A stretch of DNA of 64,000 nucleotides from the human T2T-CHM13v2.0 reference genome, Homo sapiens. The position numbers were made by a program, and so were the translations under genes. Below, in pieces: positions 26,282 to 42,528 of the stretch. The stretch lies in assembly GCF_009914755.1 (NCBI RefSeq), contig NC_060929.1, one strand, 5' to 3'. How positions within the stretch are numbered: position 1 is the first letter of the stretch; every line of letters starts with the position of its first letter. The notes under the pieces were generated by a model that saw only the letters and a program-made list of their open reading frames with translations, made no database searches and was not told the origin of the DNA.

Positions 26282-26619
26282 CAGTGATTGGCACACTAGA
26301 GCCTGTGAACCAAACCTAGCTCGCTCCCTCCTTCTGTACAAACCACAAACTAAGACTGGTTTTTATATTTTAAATGGTTGGGGGAAAAAAATCAAAAGAA
26401 GAATCTCATTTTATGACATGTGAATGTCATATAAAATTCAAACTTCAGTGTCCATAAATAAAGTTTTATTGGAACACAGCCACACCCGTTCCTTTACATG
26501 GTATCTGTGGCTGCTGTCACACTACAATGGGAGGCGTATATTGTGACAGAGACAGTATGGCTCACAAAGCCTCAAATATTTACCCAAGTCCCTTTACAGG
26601 AAAAGTTTGCCAACCCCTG
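26282..26619. mobile_element. MER58-like hAT/Charlie DNA transposon remnant
   Basis: Degenerate TIRs CAGTGATTGGCA... / ...AAAGTTTGCCAACCCCTG; AAATAAAGTTTTATTGGAACACAGCCAC core. Confidence 0.75.
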
Positions 26620-27220
26620 ATAGGAGCTCATGGATGAAAAGTACTGTAGAACAATGCCTGACACAGAGTAAGTGTTTAGAAAACTTTGTTATTATTATTA
26701 TATAGATATTTATAAAATCTTCTTCCCTTCCGATGTTTTTAAAAGCAGTAATTGCTTTCATCATATAATTCATTGTGTTGAAGGCACAGTTTTCATATTT
26801 TAGCATTTCTCAGAGTGTAACAATTGGAGGCATGTCATCATTAATTGACAGCATTTTCCTTTCTTAATGGTGCACAGATTAATGAAAGGGCCTCAGAACT
26901 GATGACATCTTAGAGCCAGTAGATGCAGTAAAGTATAAAAGGTTTAAGATGGAGAAGAATTAAAGTGCTACAGTCATTCAGTTAACATCCGTTCTAGTAG
27001 TGGGACAGACTTGTTAAGTGCCAGGATAGAAACTGGGTAGCCCAGGAAAGATGCCCAGAGGAGGGGACGTCTACTTGGAGATGTAAAGGCTGATGTAGGA
27101 TAGAAATACCTGGAGGAAATGCCTTTGAGAGGTGGGCCTCAGTTACTTACCACTTTCCCCCGGAAGCCTCACCTCCCCATAAAATAAGAATAGTAATAAC
27201 CCCTAAAGACCACTTTGTGA

Positions 27221-27532
<312 letters not shown>

Positions 27533-29157
27533 TTATCAATAATCATTTATATCTCTCCCACTAGCTTGGAAGCTAGGGCATGATTTCTTGTCTCTCTTGG
27601 TCCCCAGTACAGATCTCAAAGCAAGGCTTGTTGGACAAATAAATGAAGATGAGCCCAAGAGCCCAGGAGAGGGACCGGGAACAGCAGGGCCTCCGTGACT
27701 CACACAAGCTTCATCCCTGAACCAAGGACGCAGCCTGCCAACAATGGCCCCAAGCCACACCCCGCCACAGGGGGAACTGATGCTGCGGTGAGAAGTGACA
27801 GCTTTCTGTTGACTCTTTTTTTTTTCAAGCAGAATATGAATTGAGACATACTTTCATTTTCATAATCAGAACCTAACACTTAGTAACCAATGTTGGTGGA
27901 AGCAAATGAGATCACAGTTTGTCTGTTCCAAACTCATCTCTGGGAAAAGGAGGAGGAAAAATTATTGGCACTATGTTCAGAATCATAGCTGAAGATGCAG
28001 AAATTGTTCATCCCAATTTTGCCTTTGTAAGTAATGTGGGGGCAGTTCTTATTAGTAATTGCCAATCTCTACTGAGACACAGTATTTTGCTAGGCGCTTT
28101 ATATTCATTTCCTGGTATGATCATGACATTAACCCTGTGAAATGCGTACCCTTACTATCTCCATGTGAAGAAATGAGGGAACTGAGGACCAGAGAGGTGA
28201 ACTGACTTGTCCAAAGACACACAGTAAGGGCTGTGACTCTCCGCTTTCTAAGATTTTTGTTCTTATCGCTCCACAGCACATAGCAGGCGTAGTATGAAGG
28301 CAGCATGCTGCACAATTTCGCTGTTTGTTTCTTGGAATAATAATTTATAGGGGACTGCTTCTAGATTCCAAAGGAAAGAGAAAGGAAATATGCCCCAAAC
28401 TCAGGCTTTCTGCCTGGCCCTGCCTGACTCACTGAGCTGCATTGGACAAATGATTCATTCACTGGCCTTGACCTCAGTGGGTTTGGCCACCCATTGAGAG
28501 TGAAGTCACACCTCCAGCACTGCGATGCATTTATTGATCCACTCACCTAGCTTCATGGCAGGCAAGAAACAGGCCTGTGTGAGCCTGCCCAGGATCAGGG
28601 ACAGGAGAGCACACAGGTGTTTCTGGATATCCTCAAGCTGTAGCTGGGCTGCTCGATTCTTCCCTAGGAGATCCTCCGGGGGCCTGAATTAGTTTGCTAG
28701 GGCTTCCGTAACAAAGCGCCACAGACTGAGCGGCTTAAATAAAAATGTGTCATCTCATGGTTCTGGAGGCTGGAAGTCTGAGATCAAGGTGCTGGGGATT
28801 AGGACTTGAACATATGTTTTTTGGGGGCACACTTCAACCCTCCGGAGGGCCTGTGCCCCAAAGAGAGCCTCCTTCTGTGTGCAGTGAAGGTGTGAGTTCT
28901 AAACATGAGAAAAAAACACCCCTTGTTCTTGGATAGGGTGACTCGATACCACAAACAGGTCCAACTGGCCCAGGTAAATATATTCGTTTAACATGATCGT
29001 CACCAAAATATTGAGGGTAGGTGTTTTTTTCTGGAGTTAAACAAGTTGATTCTGGAGTTGATATGAAATAATAAACAAGCAAAAATAGCCAGAATTGTTT
29101 TTTTTAAAAAAGGGCAATGGGGTGGAGGTAAGCCCTACCAGACATTAAAACACATCA

Positions 29158-29765
<608 letters not shown>

Positions 29766-30102
29766 CTCTAAATTTTTTTTTTTTAATGTTTTAAAGCCTC
29801 TGTAATAAAAATGGTGTACCTGGAAACAAATAGCGAGACAGACCAATGGAACACAATAGAAAGTCCAGAAATGTATCCAAGTACACATGAAGATTTGGTG
29901 CATGGCCAAGGTGGCGTCTCAGATCACTGGAACATAAGACTTCTTAATAAGCATGCTGGAACCATGGCATTGCATTTGGAAAAAAGATAAAAGTGGATCC
30001 ATACCTCACACCAAACATCAGAATAAACACCGAATGGTCCAGAGATCCAGATTTTAAAAAATGAAACCTTACAACTTCTTTTTTATTATTTTTTCATTTT
30101 TT

Positions 30103-30213
30103 AAGACTAGTCAACTACAGTAGTGAGAAGAGGGGAAAGGGTAGAACAAGGAGTTTGATCAGTAACTGACAGTCAACAAATCATTGAGATAACTCTCTAC
30201 CTTTGAACCAGCC
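30103..30213 (-). pseudogene. Y RNA (RNY1-derived) retropseudogene
   Basis: Minus strand GGCTGGTTCAAAGGTAGAGAGTTATCTCAAT...CTCACTACTGTAGTTGACTAGTCTT matches hY1 with about 10 changes; A-rich tail 30079-30102; degenerate TSD 30060-30076 / 30214-30230. Confidence 0.92.
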
Positions 30214-31153
30214 AAGGAAAGTTTACAACTCTTTTTTTTTTTTTTTTTTTTTTTGATACAGAGTCTCACTCTGTCACCCAGGCTGGAGTGCCGGGGAGCA
30301 ATCTCTGCTCATTGTAGCCTCCGCCTCCCAGGTTCAAAAGTCTCCTGCCTCAGCCTCCTGAGTAGCTGAGACTGCAGGCACCCACCACCATGCCTGGCTA
30401 ATTTTTCTATTTTTAGTAGAAATGGGGTTTCACCATTGTTGGTCAGGCTGGTCTCAAACTCCTGACCTCAAGTGATCCATCCGCCTTGGCGTCCCAAAGT
30501 GTTGGGATTATAGGTGTGAGCCACCACACCGGCCAGTTTACAACTTTTAAAAGAAAACAGAGGGAAATGTATTTATAACCCAGGAGTAAGAAAATTTTTT
30601 ATCTATTTAGGACTCAAAAGCCACAAACAATGAAAGAAAATTTTGATAAATTCAACTATATAAAAATTAAAGCCAAATTTTTAGAAAGCTTTTTATGCCT
30701 AAAGCTCCATAAGCAAAATTAAATTTTATTTAAAAAAAGGCAAATGGGGCTGGGCGTGGTGGCTCATGCCTGTGATCCCAGCACTTTGGGAGGCCAAGGC
30801 AGGCGGATCATGAGATCAGGAGATCAAGACCATCCTGGCTAACACGGTGAAACCCCATCTCTACTAAAAATACACACACAAAAAAAAATTAGCTGGGTGT
30901 GGGGACGGGGGGCCTGTAGTCCCAGCTAGTCAGGAGGCTGAGGCAGGAGAGTGGTGTGAACCCAGGAGGTGGAGCTTGCAGTGAGCCGAGATCACACCAC
31001 TGCACTCCAACCTGGGCGACAGAGTGAGACTCTGTCTCAAAAAAAATAAATAAACAAAAATAAAAAATAAAGGCAAATGGGAAAAAAAATTGTAATTTAC
31101 AGATGAAGGCCAATTCCACCTATCTTAAAGGAGTTCTTAAAAACAAAGGATGA

Positions 31154-31596
<443 letters not shown>

Positions 31597-32338
31597 TAAG
31601 AGACTGTTTCTCATCCATCATCAGATTAGCCAAAATCCAAAAACTTGACAGCACCCTCTGGGACAAGGGAAACCTGACTATGGACTGGATATTAGGTAAT
31701 ATTATGGAATTGTTAATTCCACTTTGGTGGGTGCCTAGAAGAATATCTTGTTCTTAAGAGATGCATGCTGAAGTATTTAGCAGAGAAGGGTCATGATGTT
31801 GGCAACTTGGTCTCAAATGGTTTGGGGAGGAAAAATATGCACACATAAATCAATTAATCGTGGCAAAACATTAACAATTGTTGTGTCTATATGATGGGCA
31901 TAAGGGTGTTCACGTGCAATGCTGTTGAGCTCAGAGGGCATTATGCTGAGTGAAATAAGCCAGACACAGAACGGGATCTCACTTACATGTGGAATCTTAA
32001 AAGTCGAACTCATAAAATCAAAGAATAGAATGGTGGTTGCAAAGCACTGGGAGGTAGGGGAAATGGGGAGATGTTGGTCAAAGGGTACAAACTTTCAGTT
32101 ATTGAGGATGAATAAGGGTTAAGGTTAGGGTTAGGATCGAGTACACCTTATATTTATATAATTTTATTTGTCAATTATACCTCAATAAAGCTGAAGAAAG
32201 CCACCACTAAGAAAACGAAAAGAGAAGCAGCAGACTAGGAGAAAATATTTGCAAAACCAAATCTGATAACGGACTTGTATCCAGTATTTGCAAAGAACTT
32301 CTAAACTTAATAACAACAACGACGACAAAGGAGCAAAA

Positions 32339-32364
32339 TCCCTGGTGGTCTAGCAGTGAGGATT
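32339..32364 (+). pseudogene. Retroposed 5' fragment (nt 1-26) of tRNA-Glu
   Basis: TCCCTGGTGGTCTAGCAGTGAGGATT is 23/26 to tRNA-Glu(CTC) 5' end TCCCTGGTGGTCTAGTGGTTAGGATT; A-run follows; flanking direct repeats AAAGGAGCAAAA / AAAGAAGCAAAA. Confidence 0.75.
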
Positions 32365-33257
32365 AAAAAAGAAAAGAAGCAAAATATATGAACAGCTGTT
32401 TCTCCAAAGGAGATATACCAATAGCTAATAAAATATGCACAGATGCTCCACAACATTAGTCATTAGGGAAATACAGATTAAAATCACCATGAGGTACTAC
32501 TTCACACACACTAGAATGACTAATCAAAGACAGATAATAACAGAAGTTGGCTAGGATGTGGAGAAACAGAACTGCTATGGTTTTAATGTCCCCTCTAAAA
32601 CCCATGTTGAAATTTAATTGCCATTTGCAGTATTAAGTAGTGGGACCTTTATAAATTACCCAGTCTGTGGTATTCTGTTATAGCAGCAGAAAACAAACTA
32701 AGACAAGAACCCTCATACATTGCAGGTGGGAATATAAAGTGGTGCAGCCTCTTTGGAAAACAGTTTGGAGGTTCCTCAAAAAGTTAAACATACAATTACC
32801 ATATGACCCAGCAATTCCACTCCCTAGGTATCTACCCAAGAGAAATGAAAACAGGTACTATACAAACAAAGACTTGTGAGTCACTGTTCATACAGCATAA
32901 TCCATAATAGCCAAACACTGGAAACAACCTAAATATCCATCCACTGATGAATGAATAGGCAAAATGTGCTCTATCCATGCACTGGAACACTATTCACCAA
33001 CAGAAAGGAGCAAACTGCTGACGCACGCTGCCGTATGGATGAACCTCAAAGGTGGGAAAGTTCAAGAAGCTAGGCACAAGGAACTGCGTATTGTATGATT
33101 CCATTTATATGAAATGTCCGGAAAGGCAAATTTAGAGAAACAGTAAACAGATTAATGGCTGGGTCTGAGGTGGGAACATGATTATCTGTAAGTGGGCATC
33201 AGGGAGGAATATTCCTGGGAACCATGAGAATGTTCTAGAATTGATCTTTAATTAATT

Positions 33258-33862
33258 TTTGTTGTTTTTGTTGTTCTTTGAGATGGAATCTCATGCTGTC
33301 ACCTGGGCTGAAGTACAATGGCGGGATCTCGGCTCACTCCGACTTCCACCTCCCGGGTTCAAGGGATTCTCCTGCCTCAGCCTCCCGAGTAGCTGGGATT
33401 ACAGGTGCCCACCACCACGCCCAGCTAATTTTTTGTATTTTTAGTAGAAACAGGGTTTCACTATGTTGGCCAGGCTGGTATTGAACTCCTGACCTCATGA
33501 TCCGCCCGCCTTGGCCACCCAGATTGCTGGGATTACAGGCGTGAGCCAACGCACCTGGCCCTTTAATTAATTTTTTAAGAGATGGGATCTTGCTCTGTTG
33601 CCCAGGCTGGAGTATGGTGGTGTGATCCTGGCTCACTGCAGCCTCAACCTCCCAGGCACAATCAATCCTCCCACCTTAGCTTCCTGAGTAGCTGGGACTG
33701 TAGGCATGAACAACTGTGCCTGACTAATTTTAAATTTTTTTTTTGTAGAGATGGGGTCTTGCTTTGTTGCCCAGGCTAGTCTTAAACTCCTGGGCTCAAG
33801 CAATCCTCCAGCCTCAGCCTCCCAAGTAGCTCGGATTAAAGGCACACGCAATTGCTCCTGGC
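33258..33862 (-). mobile_element. Two tandem Alus (AluS-like 33258-33560, AluJ-like 33566-33862)
   Basis: Reverse Alu consensus twice. Confidence 0.9.
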
Positions 33863-34427
33863 TATAAAATTGATTTATAGTGATGGTTGCACTACTTGGT
33901 AAAGTTACAAAAAAACATTGAATTGTATACTTGAGTAGGTTGAATTTTACAGTATTTAAATTGTACCTCAATAGATCTATTTTTTAAAAAAGATTTGAGT
34001 TTCTTTTTTTATGGTAATCCAGTATTTTATTTGTTCTGCCCATTAATAGCTATTATTTGAGAACATTTACAATATTAATGGAGCTTAATCTAAAATAAAT
34101 TCAACTTACTTTTTAAAATATCTCAATACTGGGTATTAATAAAAAAAATAGTCAAAATAATTATGGTCAAAATTATGCCAAAAACTTAAAAACAAATGCT
34201 TCGTATTAGTATGTCTACACACAATTCAGTATTTGGCATAAAGTGTTTTGGCTGCAAGAAAGGATGCTAGTTTTACTTCACTATGGGGAGTATCTCTTAA
34301 TGCTTGGGTGACCTCTTTTGGTATTCCTTCTGTTGTTGGTTTTTGGCCTAGTTATCTGTGACTGTATGAATGGAATTGAGTGGAGGGGTATCCATTGTGT
34401 TAATTCCAAATAAGAGTGCATAACTTA

Positions 34428-35385
<958 letters not shown>

Positions 35386-35520
35386 TAACTGATTACTAAA
35401 ATAAGGAATAAGGAGATAGACAATGTAACTGCCCAATAATTTTGAGGCCCATAAGTTAAGCCTAAGGAGTTTAACCATGATTCAGGAATAAAGGCCCACA
35501 CAATATACAGTATGAAGTTA

Positions 35521-35885
<365 letters not shown>

Positions 35886-37234
35886 TCCATAAATGCCTCT
35901 TTCTGGCAACAGCAAGGGTGAACCTTCCACCATTTTCCTTGTGACTTTGGACAATCTCAGCACGTTGTTCACATTGCTCTCAGCTCAACTCTGGCCAGGG
36001 AACCACAGGGTCCAGAGTTCAAGGTTCAAGTTCAATAATTCAGTGTTGAACACCTGACCCAAAAGGCCTTCTGGCTGTACTAGGCAAGGATAGGACCCAC
36101 TTCTTTTGCCATGGAGCCCTTGCTGGGCATGGTAGCATTGTAGACACCACCCCACCCCACGTAGGATGGGCACTGGTTTGTATTCATTTATATAGTCAGC
36201 TCTCCACTTCGGTATAAACTTCTGAGGACAAATGGGACTTAATAAAGGCTTACAAAGTTAATAAGTGTGATTTGGAAAGCCAGAGCCAAGCAGAAAGAGA
36301 ATGCCACTTCCGATTTTCTTTTGTCAAGGAAGTGTTTGATTGAGATTTACATTAGTGTGAGAATAAGAAAAAAGAAAAACTTAGCATGGCAAAAGTACAA
36401 TATATTTAACCTAATGTGATTTTATCCTAGATATAAGAGAACCCTGGGCAAAAGGGAAAATAGCCCACTTAACGTGAACGAAGTGAGCAAACAACCTACT
36501 GTTTCCCTAAAAAGGGTTGGTGGAGAATAGAAAGTAAGAGAAAAATATAGGTAAACGAAAACTTTGGTTGGAGAAGCTGATGCATCTGGATGATAAAAAC
36601 ATGTTATATGAAAGAAACAGAGAGACAGGAAGAATGAATGAAGAGAAGGAAGGAGAGAGAGAGGAGGCCAGTGTAGGGGGACAGCATAAGTGAGGGGGAG
36701 AGAGGAGGAAAGAGTGCAGAAAGGTAGGGGACCAGACTTTGCAGGGCCTCTCAGGCCATCAAAAGGATGGGGGGTTTCTCCCCTGAGTGAAGCAAGAACC
36801 CTGGACACAGTGGGCAGAGCAAGGACGGATGGATGTGTATGGTACCAGGACAGTGGGACACACTTCATTTGGGAGGGTGAGGAGGAGATAGGTTCACAGG
36901 AAAGTCCTCAGCACAGTGACACACAGTAAGCACCAAGCCCACCACTTATATCATGAGCCCTATTCTATCCCCCAATACCTGCAGGCCCAGAGAGGTAAAG
37001 CGCCTGCCCAAGGTCACAGCCACAGAAGCACACAGACACACACAGAGACATTTGTCTAGAGGACCGTGGGGAGCCGGGCTAAGCGAGCGGGAAGTCCAGA
37101 GGCAGGTTGGCTGCTGGGCAGGAAAGGGCAGAGAGTACATGGTTACCGTGCCGCCGTTGGCCTCTAAATCTGTTCCTTACCTAGGGGATGGGGGAGTAGC
37201 AGTGACATCTCCTACATGAGTCATTTAGGTGGTG

Positions 37235-37556
37235 CACACACACACACAAAGAAACAAACACACACAGACACACAGAGAGACATAGACACACAGAGGCACA
37301 CACAGACACACAGAGAGACATACAGAGACACACATACATACACACAAACACACACACACACAGATACACAGACATCTGGAGACACACAGAGACACACAGA
37401 TACACAGAGAGACCTCTAGAGACACACAGACATACAGAGACACACACATACATACACAGAGACACACAGTTATACAGACACACAGAAAGAGACACACAGA
37501 CACACACAGACACACACATTCATACACACACACAGAAACACACACGTAAACACACA
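37235..37556. repeat. Degenerate (CA/CAGA)n repeat
   Basis: Visible. Confidence 0.92.
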
Positions 37557-37857
37557 TAATACATTAGTAAACTGAACTGCCAAATTGTCAAAATAACAAA
37601 TTCCAGAATGAGCTAAGCGTTGATGAAATTCTTCCTGTAGAAATGAACAGAAGAGGTGACACCAGGGCTAACCTACTCAGGAATGACCTGGGTAAGCTCT
37701 TCCTAGGACAAGCTGTCACAATCTCCCCAAGGAGAAAGAGACACTATGCCATTATGGTTAAAATAAAGGGGTATTTCCTTGACTTCCCTCCCACCATTTT
37801 CCCAGGCAGAAAGCAGCACAGTGAGATTCAGATGCAAGCACACACTACTTTTCACCT

Positions 37858-38258
37858 TGTCAGGCCTCTGAGCCCAAGCTAAGCCATCATATCCCCTGTG
37901 ACCTGCACGTATACATCCAGATGGCCCGAAGTAACTGAAGAATGACAAAAGAAGTGAAAATGGCCTGTTCCTGCCTTAACGGATGACATTACCTTGTGAA
38001 ATTCCTTCTCCTGGCTCATCCTGGCTCAAAAGCTCCTCCACTGAGCACCTTGTGACCCCCACCCCTGCCCGCCAGAGAAAAACCCCCTTTGACTGTAATT
38101 TTCCTTTACCTACCCAAATCCTATAAAACGGCCCCACCCCTAACTCCCTTCACTGACTCTCTTTTCAGACTCAGCCCGCCTGCACCCAGGTGAAATAAAC
38201 AGCCTTGTTGCTCACGCAAAGCCTGTTTGGTGGTCTCTTCACACGAACTCAAGTGAAA
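37858..38258 (+). mobile_element. Solo LTR7-family (HERV-H) LTR
   Basis: Starts TGTCAGGCCTCTGAGCCCAAGCTAAGCC; internal CCTATAAAA and AATAAA; perfect 5-bp TSD CACCT at 37853-37857 and 38259-38263. Confidence 0.92.
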
Positions 38259-38693
38259 CACCTCACATGCCACGTGGAGGGCCGGCTCCGACGCTAGCGG
38301 CCCGGAGAAGCCCAGAGCAATACTCCATCCCAGGCTCCTCACCTAGGACCTTTCGTGATTCCTGCCTCCTGAGCCCCACCTCCAGAACTTCTGATGTCAC
38401 TCACCTGGGGTAGGCCTGGGCATGTGGAATTTAAACATCTTCACAAGGGTCCCAACATACAGTCTCAGGGCTGCAAACTACTGACTTAAAGGGTTATCTT
38501 TCATGCCCAGCATATATTATGGAGAGAAAATAGCAAGTCAAGGAATCTGCATGGTGGTTGGCAAATAGTAGGTGCTCAGCATATGTTCACTGGAGGGTTG
38601 AAGTATCCAGCATGGATTCCCTCCTATTATTAGACTTGCCCTTTTCCATGCTTATTTTCTAGCTTTGGCATTCTTTACTCCAAGCTTGTATGC

Positions 38694-39154
<461 letters not shown>

Positions 39155-42100
39155 TGAGCTGAAGCCCACAGGGCTGAGCTGCTGAGCCCTCCAAAACCCC
39201 TTCAAAAGTCCCTAAGCTCGGCAGCCTGGATCCCGCCGTGGGTTGTGGTAACAGAAAAGCTGGGGAGGCCCTGTGGGATGGTGGCACTGGTGGGGGTTGG
39301 GGGTGGTCCTGGGTTCCCGAGTCAGCTAGCCTTGGAGCTCCACTAGATCACTAGATCAAGGTCGTGGAGACAAGTCATTCTAGTGACCTCACACTGACAT
39401 AGCCACCAGGCCCCGCCTCTGGGTGTTTCAGAGAAAACTCCAGGCAGCGGTAGGAGAACTCTCCAAGGGCTGTGTTATCTAGGGTAAAAGCCACATGACA
39501 CTCTGTGAGGGCCAGCTCAGGGTCCTTGGGCTGCTGATAGGGACACCAAGGCTAGGCTCAGGGTCCCTTGGTGCTGGTCCTAAGCCACACAAGCTCCTGA
39601 ATTTTAGGACCCTGAAATTCATGGCATCCTGAGGCCCGGCTCCACTCTGGCACCGTCCTGGGACTCTGCCTCAGGCTCTCCTGGCTAGACACAGAGCAGA
39701 AGCCAGGTAACTCTACAGCCTAAGGAAGACCCCCAGGAAACCTGAAGCATGGGGAAGCGCTAGGAAATCCCTGCTCCAGCCCTAAGCCTGTTGGAGCAGG
39801 GTCCTAGCAACTGCTTCCCCAACCAGAAGCATAGCACCTGCCAGGCCAGGAACTTAAGAGAAATGAAGGCCTCCCCTAATCCCAGGGAGGCAATACTATT
39901 ATTTCTCCTGTTTACAGACAAGAACCCTGGGGCTGAGAGCCATTTGGTCACGTGACCAGGGCCTTCCCTGCAGAATGGGCAGAGCCAAGTCCCCTGACCC
40001 CAAAGTGCAGGCCTCACAGTGCTTTCAGAGTGCCTGAATGGTGGAGGGGGCTGAGGGCTTTCTTCCCAGCCCTGGTCATCTCGCCCCAGGCCTCAGCTGT
40101 GGGCATCTACCCAGGAAGGCCAGGAGAGGCAGGCCTGAAGAAGAATCTGGAAGGAGGAGGTCCACCATGGGGCATCAAATACTTCATTTGTATGCTGAGC
40201 CAAGCTGGGCTGGAGGCCGGGGGCCCCTCGAGGGCAAGCCTCTGGGCCGGGAGCCAGGCTGACCTCTGCCCACTGAGGCCAGGATGAGTATGTCCTTTTC
40301 TGCCTCCCTCTTTCTTAGAAGTACTCTCAGCCCAGTACTTCCTGAGATTTCTGCTGCAGTGCCAAGCAGCCTGCTTAACCCCTCACCTCCCACTCCTTCC
40401 GAGGCGACTCAGAACCCAGAGGGGAAGGGTCAGAGGTGTACAGGTGCCCAGGGGTTCCAGGGAAAGAGAGCATGCATCCGGGACCCTGGAGGGCTCTGTT
40501 TCAGCTTCACCTCTTAGCCTATGCCTTAAATGGACCACTTCACCCCTCAGAGCCTCTTCAGCTTCAAATGGAGTTTGGCGATGACAACAGCCTGGTAAAG
40601 CATGCTTGCAGATGGAACGAAGACAGACCTAGATGGGACACCAAGCACCTTCTCTGGGCCAGGCACTGGCATTACTGATTGACGTGCATTTCCTATTCAT
40701 TCCTTGCAATCACCCAGTGAGGTAGAAATTAGTATTTCTGCCATTTTTTCATTTTCATGGGACTAAAGCACAGAGAGGGAAGGTAATTGTCCAGGGTCAC
40801 GCAGCTGGCAGGTGGTAGAGCGGGGGGTAGCTGAGTAGAGGCAAAAAGAAGTCTCATTTGGCCTCTGATGAGTATTCTCAGCACTTTAGGGGCTTCTGGT
40901 AGACTGTGGCTCATGCAGGGGTCAGGCCTGGCCCATTCACTGTGCATCCCAGCACCAACACCTAGCAGGATGCCTGGTGCAGAGTCGGTACTCTGAATGG
41001 CAAGAGAGCAGCAGTGCAGACATAGGAAGGAAATTCCCTGGGCTCTGGAGTGAGGACTCCCCTCCATCCCCCACCCCCACTGTTTGCCAGCTCTCTCACT
41101 TCTCCACTCTGTTACTGCTTGATTGCTTCTGCCTCTTGGAACCTCTGTCTCCTCATCTGTAAAATACAATCATAATAATAGTACCACAAAGGGGATTATG
41201 AAGGTTCAAGGGTAAGAGGTGCATATAAAGTCCCCTCACACCTGCGACGCTTGATAAATGGTACCTGCCATTACTAATTGGAAATGGGGAGCTGTCTGCA
41301 AAGGGACTTTGAAGAGCAGACCCAGTGTCTTGGGAGATGTTTTGCTGCTATTGAACTTCCTGAGTTCACAGACAGAAGGAGAACTTTCCCAGGTCAGGAC
41401 GGAGGTGTGAGGGCCTCAGCTCAGAGGAGGGACTCAGGGATATTTGATATCACCTTGTGAGCCAGCATGTGATGGGGCCAACCAAGGATGTGAGACACAG
41501 CCTGAGACTCGGGTGGGGCCAGCCTGGGAGCAGGCTGCCTGCTCTGGCCCAGAAGAACCCGCTGAGGGCTGCCAGCTGGATTCTCAGACCAGAGCCTAAG
41601 GCTGATGCCAGCCAGGTCGGGGGCCTCAGGCGGGTCCTACCCCCACTGCCTTGGCCAGCTCAAAGAGCCTGCCAGGACCACCCCCACCCACACCCAGCTT
41701 CTTCATTCTGATAGGGAAAAGCAAGGCCCAGTGAGGGGCAGGGACTGGCCAAGGTGCCCAGCAGGCACTCGGCAGGGACCAGGATGCCCAGCTCTTGACC
41801 CCAGCCATGCCCCTCACTTGGCTGGGCACTCCAACTGAGGCCACCCTGCCCACCTCCAGTGCCCAAGAGGGGACAGACTGTGGACAGGTTGATTTCTGCC
41901 CCATGATCACCAGCACCAAGCTGATCTTCCCTGGTTCAGGCCCTGGCATGTGGTAGGGCTTGGAAATACCCGCTGCGCAAGTGAGACCCTACTTGGTGCT
42001 GGGCACAGGGGTAGGACCCTTGGAGCCTCACGGGGCTGCCCACCAGGAGACCGTGAGGTCACAGAGGTGGAAACCATGTGAATCGGTGAGGAGGGTGACA

Positions 42101-42528
42101 CAGGCGTGATTTATTAGGGTAGCAGATTTATTAGGGTAGCAGGCTGATGTGGAGGGTCACAGGCTTTGGGCCACACTGTCCAGGTTTAAATCCCAGCTCT
42201 ACCAGGGACCAACTGTGGGGCCTTGGGAAAGTGCCTTAGCCTCTCTGTGCTTCAGTTTGCTGGGTCCTGGAGTGCTGACCCCTTAGGGTTGCCATGAGGA
42301 TTAGTGAGATATATGCACTTGGCATGGCCCGGAGTACAGTCAGCACTCACCCAATGGTGGCCATTGTTGCCCTCCACCATCGTTGTCTCCAAGCCATGCA
42401 CATGCCTGTATATGCATGTGGGGTCCCAGAGAGCTGCACTGCTTCCAAAGAGGAGCTGTCACCGTGACTCACTGGAGCAGAGCTTTCTAAACGGTGTCAG
42501 CTCTTCCCTGCTGCTGCTGGTTTTTACA

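Noticed and set aside
30103-30213. Active Y RNA gene
   Set aside because: Diverged from hY1, has a retroposition tail and TSD, and an Alu/L1 occupies the place of the upstream type-3 Pol III promoter.
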